Below, in pieces: positions 57,367-64,000 of a DNA stretch of 64,000 nucleotides. This DNA is from a virus. The position numbers were made by a program, and so were the translations under genes. Under the pieces are notes generated by a model. It did not search any database, was not told the origin of the DNA, and was given only the letters and a program-made list of their open reading frames with translations. Every line of letters starts with the position of its first letter. Positions within the stretch are counted from its first letter, which is position 1. The stretch lies in the IMG/VR virus record IMGVR_UViG_3300047557_002951, positions 95,557-159,556 of that record. One strand, 5' to 3'.

Positions 57367-58301
57367 TTCCATTCGACCTCACACATAACTTCTGTGAGGC
57401 ACGCAAGAAGATTTATCTCATTATCAGCAACAAATGCACTTCTATATTGATATTTGGAAATGATCAAAATAGCCGCTGGAATCGTAGATTCCAAGGCATA
57501 TTCATATAAAGTGTCGTAAACTTTACGAAGAACGATATTTGGATCATTATCCATATTTTGTACAACCCATTTACGAACTTCAGTGAAGTTCTTATTTTTC
57601 ATGAAATCAACCAAATTTGAAACTTTAATATCAGCTACATTTGCAAGTATTCCAGAATCAACTTTTCCACCTGAAGAATATCGTTGAATCTCATTCAATG
57701 TTCGACGAAAATCTGGAAAATATTTGTTAATTAACCCAACAATTGCCGAAGTATCATATTCAATTTTTTCTGTAGTTAGAATCTCATTAATCCTCTTCAT
57801 AAACTCAGCAGCGAGCTTTGGCTTTTCCTTCGTTGGAATTGAAAAATCAATAACAGCTGCACGAGAATGCAGTGGCGGAATAAGTTTATTTTTATAATTG
57901 CAAGTAAACACAAAAGTGCAATTGGTCTGAAGCTCTTCAATTGATGCTCTGAGTGCAAGTTGAGCATCATTGGTTAGATTATCTGCTTCGTCAATTAAAA
58001 GAATTTTTTTCCCTGTGTTTGAAAGAGAAAGTGTAGAAGCATAGTTCTTGACTTTATTTCGAATAATGTCAATAGATCGTTCATCGGATCCATTGATGAT
58101 CATAAAATCACGGTCTAGTTCATTTGCTAGTGCTTTAATAGTTGAAGTCTTTCCAATTCCAGGTGGACCAGAAAGAATCATATTCGGTACTTTACCAGAA
58201 TTTCTTACATCAATAAAAAAGTCCTTGATGGACTGAGGAAGAATACATTGCTCTACTTTTTGTGGAGCATATTTTTCAACAAAAATAAAATCACTGTTCA
58301 T
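57363..58301 (-). CDS. gp44: clamp loader large subunit (gp44)
   Basis: FVEKYAP, GPPGIGKT, IDEAD, FPDFRR. Confidence 0.96.
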   Translation of the reverse strand: MNSDFIFVEKYAPQKVEQCILPQSIKDFFIDVRNSGKVPNMILSGPPGIGKTSTIKALANELDRDFMIINGSDERSIDIIRNKVKNYASTLSLSNTGKKILLIDEADNLTNDAQLALRASIEELQTNCTFVFTCNYKNKLIPPLHSRAAVIDFSIPTKEKPKLAAEFMKRINEILTTEKIEYDTSAIVGLINKYFPDFRRTLNEIQRYSSGGKVDSGILANVADIKVSNLVDFMKNKNFTEVRKWVVQNMDNDPNIVLRKVYDTLYEYALESTIPAAILIISKYQYRSAFVADNEINLLACLTEVMCEVEWK

Positions 58302-58323
58302 AATAACTAACTCAAAAATTTAC

Positions 58324-58833
58324 TTAGATCCAATCGGGTTTTCGTTCTGGCATACGAAGATAATTATCTTTAACCCAAGGTTTTGAGGCAATGTACATTT
58401 TGTATGCTGTAAATGTGTCAATGCTATCATCAAACTTATATTCGTCTGGCATCGCACGAACAAATGGTGTGACTTCTGTGATTTTACCTTTCGGGAAAAG
58501 ATAATAGGCATGAACCAATGTATTATAGCAGGAGTGGATCTTCCCATAACGAAGATAGAATTCATCACATAAATTCATACCGTGTTTAATGAGCCAGTAT
58601 GAATTGTGAATGGATTCGGCAGCCCACTTTGTACATGGATGATTACGAAATGCACCTTTCTTGGTAGAATAAGGAGTGCCATCTGCCTTAGGTAGAGTTC
58701 CATAATTATTATACCAAGAGGAAGCAACAATTGCTAAGAGTTGGCAGGTTTCTACTGGCATTTTTACAACTAATTTATCAGGGAGTACTATTGCACTCTC
58801 CGTTGGAAATTTGTTTGTCACAAAAACATTCAT
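58324..58833 (-). CDS. pyrimidine-dimer DNA glycosylase-like protein
   Basis: MNVFVT, VKMPVETCQLL, NHPCTKW, AMPDEYK. Confidence 0.65.
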   Translation of the reverse strand: MNVFVTNKFPTESAIVLPDKLVVKMPVETCQLLAIVASSWYNNYGTLPKADGTPYSTKKGAFRNHPCTKWAAESIHNSYWLIKHGMNLCDEFYLRYGKIHSCYNTLVHAYYLFPKGKITEVTPFVRAMPDEYKFDDSIDTFTAYKMYIASKPWVKDNYLRMPERKPDWI

Positions 58834-58936
58834 AATATTCTGCAAGTAATTTCAATTCTTCAATTGTAGCATCTCTCTTTAAAATATTTGCTCTTCGTGA
58901 TACTACTGTAATATTTCCTGGAATATAACCTTTGTA
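58834..58936 (-). pseudogene. C-terminal remnant of an HNH endonuclease
   Basis: Start-less frame KGYIPGNITVVSRRANILKRDATIEELKLLAEYY. Confidence 0.7.
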
Positions 58937-58938
58937 GA

Positions 58939-59607
58939 TCAGCTAACAAAAGTAGAATCTGGCTCCAATGCAATCCAATAAGTCAGATTTCTACTTCTAG
59001 ATTGAAACTTAGAAATAAGACGCTTGGAAATAGTCACATCATAAGATCCTGGAACAATCTTAATATTTTCTACCTTAAAATTCATAGTGAACTCTTGGTT
59101 AGTCTCACCAACTACAATAGAAAATTCATTAGATGTGTCATTCTTCTTATCACGAACAACCATACTAATAACACCATTTTCACCTACTGCAGCAAGATCT
59201 GGAAGTTGGTAGATACTGGATGCTTTAAGTAACTTTTCAAGCTGAGAATGTTCTAATTGAAATTCAACATCATTCGATGGAACTTGAATTTCTTTCTCTG
59301 GCGGAGAAACAATCACAGAAGGATCAGCAAAGAAATACTTGACTCTACGCTTACCTTCTCTAATTGTCAAATAAGAGTCGTTGGAAAAATCAAGCTCTGG
59401 TTCATCATGAAGACTGATTCCATTAAGAAATTGATTTAGATCATAAATTGCAAAGTCTTTTGGGAATTCTTCTTCAACTGTCGCCTCAGCCAACACATTC
59501 TTCATGACTGACATTGTTTTTAGGGTGCTACCACCCCTAACAAAAATTGATTGATTGATTGAAGCGAAGTTCTTGAGGATAATAATAGTGTCGGCTGAAA
59601 GATTCAT
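58939..59607 (-). CDS. gp45: sliding clamp (gp45)
   Basis: LKNFASINQS, FAIYDLNQFL, YWIALE. Confidence 0.96.
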   Translation of the reverse strand: MNLSADTIIILKNFASINQSIFVRGGSTLKTMSVMKNVLAEATVEEEFPKDFAIYDLNQFLNGISLHDEPELDFSNDSYLTIREGKRRVKYFFADPSVIVSPPEKEIQVPSNDVEFQLEHSQLEKLLKASSIYQLPDLAAVGENGVISMVVRDKKNDTSNEFSIVVGETNQEFTMNFKVENIKIVPGSYDVTISKRLISKFQSRSRNLTYWIALEPDSTFVS

Positions 59608-59987
59608 TTTTGTTCAATAAGGTTGAGATGGTTAATCAGAAGAATTGTATAGTGTAGAACTTTAAACAGATCTGCTCGTGGAGTTCCTTTAGTATCATAC
59701 CGATCAATGTATTTGGTAACATTACCAGCACAGAATCCTTCTCGGCGGTTGTGTTTGATTTTATCGAGAGTCTGTTCAGTTCCACCACCAGTACGATCAA
59801 CATAATGCTGACGGTAAGTTCCGGCAATATATTCTTCAAGTTGCTTAAGAATTTTGTCCTCATTATATCGCCAAAATCCATTGGCATTTGTATTGTTTGT
59901 CATTGTAGGGAATGTAATCACATCATCAGAATTTGAACTTGAATTTTTTTGATTGAGAAATGTAATCTCATCGTCTGCTGTAAACAT
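59604..59987 (-). CDS. conserved hypothetical protein (DUF3310-like)
   Basis: QHY, GFCAGNVTKYIDRY..KG..DLFKVLHY. Confidence 0.7.
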   Translation of the reverse strand: MFTADDEITFLNQKNSSSNSDDVITFPTMTNNTNANGFWRYNEDKILKQLEEYIAGTYRQHYVDRTGGGTEQTLDKIKHNRREGFCAGNVTKYIDRYDTKGTPRADLFKVLHYTILLINHLNLIEQK

Positions 59988-60015
59988 AATAATAGATTAA
60001 ACTATGGTTATTGTA

Positions 60016-61128
60016 TCACGATTCTGATTCGCTGTCAACTTCTTGGTCGCCATCCTTGTCAAATTCTTCATCAATTGCGTTATAAAGTTGAATGAAAGAA
60101 GACTTTGTATCATCATCAAAACGAGCAATAGAAAGTTTGATTGCTTTCGTTTTGTTCTTGAAGATTGCATATGCCTTCAAAAGATGTACTAAACGACGAG
60201 TGGAAATAATTTCATCGATACCACCATCATAAAATGTCTTACGAACTGTATCGCTCCAAGTTACAAGTTTGGTGATAAAATCACCTTCATCTTGAATACC
60301 TAGAGATTTTGCTAGTTTTGTAAGAATTTTGGTTTCAATTGAACTGGATGGATAATTCTGCTCAAAGGTCACACTAAATCGTTCTAGGAATGCTTCGTTG
60401 AGAACATTGGTTCCAATAAAGCGTCCATCATCGGATCCTTTACCTTTTGTGTTTGCGGTTGCAATGATGTTAAATCCAGGTTTTGGATGAACAACCTTAC
60501 CAATTTTTTTGAGGAACAGCGGTTTACCTTCGAGTACAGATTGCAGTACCATAATTTTATTGGATGCTAGATCACACTCATCAAGAAGAAGAATTGCTCC
60601 TCGCTCCATTGCCTCAACAACTGGACCATTATTCCAAACAGTATTTCCATCCTGTAGACGGAATCCGCCAATAAGATCATCAGAATCAGTCTCGACAGTA
60701 ACATTGAAACGAATCATCTCTCTCTTTAACTGAGCACAAGCTTGCTCGACACACATCGTTTTACCGTTACCAGAAAGACCAGTAATAAAAACAGGATAAA
60801 AAAGTTCAGATGAAATAATTTTCTTCACATCAGAAAAGCAACCAAAAGAAACAAATCCAGGATGCTTTTCTGGAACAAGATTTTTTTCTGTTGCGGGAAT
60901 TACCGCAGGTGCTTCATAAGATTTTTCAATCAAAGAAACAGCTTCTACAGTTACTTCAAGATTCCACTTACCGTGACTAGACTTATAGTTCTCAAGTCGC
61001 TTAGTTACAGTAGGATACGAGATAGTCTTCATTGCACAATAGGCACGAATGTCAGCAGATGTGACATTAGCACCATACATATCCATAAGATCTGAAATAA
61101 TTTCTTGTTCGGTCATTTTTTTGTACAT
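60016..61128 (-). CDS. cobS: MoxR-type AAA+ ATPase (cyanophage CobS-like)
   Basis: GLSGNGKT, LLLDE, ATANTKGKG, NEAFLERF. Confidence 0.9.
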   Translation of the reverse strand: MYKKMTEQEIISDLMDMYGANVTSADIRAYCAMKTISYPTVTKRLENYKSSHGKWNLEVTVEAVSLIEKSYEAPAVIPATEKNLVPEKHPGFVSFGCFSDVKKIISSELFYPVFITGLSGNGKTMCVEQACAQLKREMIRFNVTVETDSDDLIGGFRLQDGNTVWNNGPVVEAMERGAILLLDECDLASNKIMVLQSVLEGKPLFLKKIGKVVHPKPGFNIIATANTKGKGSDDGRFIGTNVLNEAFLERFSVTFEQNYPSSSIETKILTKLAKSLGIQDEGDFITKLVTWSDTVRKTFYDGGIDEIISTRRLVHLLKAYAIFKNKTKAIKLSIARFDDDTKSSFIQLYNAIDEEFDKDGDQEVDSESES

Positions 61129-61206
61129 GATTTGAGTGGTGAACAAATATATTGTATCAGGCTCGGATCCAATATTGATGAGATTCGAGCCACTTTGAAA
61201 ACTGTC

Positions 61207-63279
61207 CTAGGCAATAAGATCAATAAACTGAGAAAGAATTTTCTTGTTCATTTTTTTAGACTCTAGTGACTTTTTGAATGCATTGCGAATAGAAGTTACT
61301 GATGCATCTTCTTCTACTGCAAATTCAGTGGATGAATTAAGTGCTCCAGAATAAATTCCAAAATAAGAATCATATCCAGCACATCGAATGGCACATGATC
61401 GATGCTTTTTCCATTCATCCATAATTTTATCATAAGAATTCAATTTATTGTTATTATTCAAGTGATTACGAACAAATCCAGAAATTTCACCAGCAGTAAG
61501 AAGGCGAATTCCAATAAAATTCACTTGGGAAAATACATCCTTAAGATGACGAAGTAATACATCAGTAAATTCATGTGAGGCATAATATGAATATCTGGGG
61601 AATCGATAAGTAGTCTTCAGTTTTTTGTCTTTCAAATAACAATCATCGCCAATTCCACGCATTCCAACATTCGTTACCATGGGTAGAGCACTTGCTTCAC
61701 CATCAGTAAGAACTACACACTGAACTTTTTGTACTTTTGTTCTACTTACAAATTCTGGAATAATATAATGCAAAGAGACCAAAGATTCATTCAGAGGAGT
61801 TCCAGAAAGATTCAACTCATTTGGAATTGAATATGTGCAATAGTTACAAGTGTGAGCATATGCCAAACGATATAGATTTTGCATATGATTTTCCAATGTT
61901 TGTGAATTGACTGTGCTGGAAATTACATTGAGAAGATTGAAATTGTTATCAATTACGATTGAATTCAATGGATCTAACGATTTATTATTATAATTGTAAG
62001 ACCAAGAATTAGTAAAGGCATAAACCTCAAATGGAATAGATACTTTCTTACAAAACCAGATAAGATTGAAGAGTTGCTTGCATGTATCTAAAATGATGCG
62101 ATCCATAGATCCAGACCAATCTAGAATAAAAATCAATCCATGATTTTTCCCATCTTCAAGGGTAATAACTTTTTTGAAAATATCATCATTAAACTTATAA
62201 GTGTGCAAAGAATTGCAATCCAAAATTCCTGTTTTTGATTCTGATGCCCTGGAGTATGATTCTGCTGCTTTTTTACACTCAAATTCTTTGACGAGATAGT
62301 TTACTTCTTTTCTGGCAGAAGACTTGAATTTCTTATAATCCAAATCCACAGAAGTAAAATCATTCCCATGATTATTACTCCAATAACGATTGCACTTTGT
62401 ATGAATCTGTTTTGGGGTCACAATAATTTTACTTAGATCAAGTTTTGGGATATTAAGGTAATTAATTTTTTGTCCCGTATTTGCAGATAGTTTATTGATT
62501 GCTTGCTGCAAAGAAGAAGAAGTCTTGACATATCCAGATTTTCCAGCTGGATCATAATCCCCATCAGAAGAATTTTGATTTTTTCCACTTTGCTGTTGTC
62601 CGCCATTCGTGGCATTAGATTGCGATTCCGATTGTTGATTACTATCAGTTGGTGAAACTTGCATAGGTTCACCAGAAGTGCCTTGTCCAGATCCAACCCC
62701 AAAAGAAATAGAATCTAAATTCTTCTGAGTTTCCATTTCCTTGCAATATTCATATAACTTTTCCGCACAACGAATGGAATCTTCAAATGTCTCAGCATCT
62801 GCAATTTCATCCAGAAGTTCCTTTTCTTTTTCTGTGAACTGTATCTCGACAAAATGTCCAATCTTAAAGTATAGATTGATGCGATCTGCTAGATTATATT
62901 TGTCTAAATTTACACCAGAAATTCCAAAGAAGTTATCATCATTTAGTTGTTTATATCCACCAAAGAATGTCTTCTTAAGTCCTGGATATCTACGCTTCAT
63001 GAGTTTTTCGATGCGAGCATCCTCAGTCACATTTAGAAAGTGCATTGGAACACTGGTCAACTCAGTCCAATCTGTATTTGGAGTATAAATCGCATGTGCA
63101 CACTCATGACTGAGAAGAAGTTCATAAACAAGATCAGATGCTCGTTCCCAAATTGGCAGAGTCAAAGTCCTAGTCTCAACATTGAAACAAGCGGTATCTA
63201 CATTTGCATTCTCAATGTTTAAATTTTCCGTGGCAAGAAGCCTAGCAAGATTACCACGAATTTCATGATTGTGCTGCAT
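61207..63279 (-). CDS. metallopeptidase-like N-domain plus VWA domain protein (MoxR partner)
   Basis: HECAH, NVTEDARIE, MIDAS DWSGS, GTPL, LTDGE. Confidence 0.85.
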   Translation of the reverse strand: MQHNHEIRGNLARLLATENLNIENANVDTACFNVETRTLTLPIWERASDLVYELLLSHECAHAIYTPNTDWTELTSVPMHFLNVTEDARIEKLMKRRYPGLKKTFFGGYKQLNDDNFFGISGVNLDKYNLADRINLYFKIGHFVEIQFTEKEKELLDEIADAETFEDSIRCAEKLYEYCKEMETQKNLDSISFGVGSGQGTSGEPMQVSPTDSNQQSESQSNATNGGQQQSGKNQNSSDGDYDPAGKSGYVKTSSSLQQAINKLSANTGQKINYLNIPKLDLSKIIVTPKQIHTKCNRYWSNNHGNDFTSVDLDYKKFKSSARKEVNYLVKEFECKKAAESYSRASESKTGILDCNSLHTYKFNDDIFKKVITLEDGKNHGLIFILDWSGSMDRIILDTCKQLFNLIWFCKKVSIPFEVYAFTNSWSYNYNNKSLDPLNSIVIDNNFNLLNVISSTVNSQTLENHMQNLYRLAYAHTCNYCTYSIPNELNLSGTPLNESLVSLHYIIPEFVSRTKVQKVQCVVLTDGEASALPMVTNVGMRGIGDDCYLKDKKLKTTYRFPRYSYYASHEFTDVLLRHLKDVFSQVNFIGIRLLTAGEISGFVRNHLNNNNKLNSYDKIMDEWKKHRSCAIRCAGYDSYFGIYSGALNSSTEFAVEEDASVTSIRNAFKKSLESKKMNKKILSQFIDLIA

Positions 63280-63354
63280 AGTATTTGTGTCGTACTAAAA
63301 AATTATACACAAAAAAACCACCTATTGGTGGCTAGGTAGACAGTTATAGAACTG

Positions 63355-64000
63355 TCACTTACGAATCATAGAAAAGTTACCTTTTTTCTCAAATTCCATG
63401 ATTTGATCGAATTTATCTTGTACGCCATCTTTATGCGAGATCACAAAAATATTAAAATCTTTGACTACATAACGAATAATTTTCAAAAAATCATCAATAC
63501 CAGAAGAATCCAACGAAGAATCAAAAATTTCATCTAGAATTAATAAATTGACATTAGCCGAGTTTTTAATCTTTGCTAATTCCCTCCAGGCAAACAATAG
63601 AGCTAAATTGATTCTTTGTTTCTGACCTTCAGAAAAACTACCATAACTAAAGTCCTCATAAACTGGGGTTCTAATCTGCTCATTGAATTCTTCATCTAGA
63701 GTAAAATTCAAGTAGAAATCCATCATCTGGAGATACTTATTTACGCTCTGATTAATCAATGGAAGATACTTTCTTATAATTCTAGATTTTACCCCATTAT
63801 CTTTAAGTAATAGATGAACATAGTCATAGTATTCAATTTTTTCTTTCTTATCTACATACTCAGTTTTAATATTTTCCAGTTCGATTTCTAGAGATTTTAA
63901 TTTATCATGTTCTACATTTTTATTTTCTATTTTTTCCTTAATTTTTACTATTTCTGACTCAAGTTCTAGAATTTGATTTTTAGACTGTTTTACTTTAAGA
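63355..64000 (-). CDS. gp46: recombination endonuclease ATPase subunit (gp46), C-terminal part
   Basis: FSEGQKQRI signature, LILDEIFDSSLD, VISH; 5' end is outside the window. Confidence 0.95.
   Translation of the reverse strand, partial: LKVKQSKNQILELESEIVKIKEKIENKNVEHDKLKSLEIELENIKTEYVDKKEKIEYYDYVHLLLKDNGVKSRIIRKYLPLINQSVNKYLQMMDFYLNFTLDEEFNEQIRTPVYEDFSYGSFSEGQKQRINLALLFAWRELAKIKNSANVNLLILDEIFDSSLDSSGIDDFLKIIRYVVKDFNIFVISHKDGVQDKFDQIMEFEKKGNFSMIRK

Noticed and set aside
60016-63279. Cobalamin biosynthesis role for the CobS-like gene
   Set aside because: The pairing with a VWA protein fits a MoxR-VWA chaperone common in T4-like phages; no other cob genes are present
1-64000. Retron, DGR, integrase or IS element
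   Set aside because: No reverse transcriptase, recombinase or transposase motifs in any ORF

Overview
A 64-kb segment of an AT-rich, T4-like cyanomyovirus (Kyanoviridae-type) genome, almost entirely encoded on the minus strand. In window order: (1) small hypothetical genes with a glutaredoxin and an HNH nuclease; (2) a photosynthesis/nutrient module: psbA split by two group I introns (one carries a LAGLIDADG ORF), an F-CphI-like EndoVII nuclease, two hli genes, petF, pstS and a cyanobacterial porin; (3) a C39-peptidase/GH19 lysin pair joined by an apparent programmed -1 frameshift; (4) a 12.4-kb glycosylation island with gmd, fcl/colC, a His-type ColD and about ten glycosyltransferases; (5) structured ncRNAs and six tRNAs, including an intron-containing tRNA-Leu(UAA) and a tRNA-Ile(UAU); (6) late genes for probable head-packaged proteins; (7) the T4 core replication block (nrdB, nrdA, gp61, mazG, gp41, uvsX, gp43, hsp20, regA, gp62, gp44, gp45, MoxR/VWA, gp46). 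The strongest novelty candidates are a twice-repeated cassette (late promoter, small RNA, terminator) whose variable segment is antisense to the leader of the gene just downstream, which is an endonuclease in one copy and a probable endonuclease remnant in the other; the frameshifted two-domain lysin; and the predicted GDP-colitose/fucose glycosylation pathway. All calls come from reading motifs by eye; no database searches were run.
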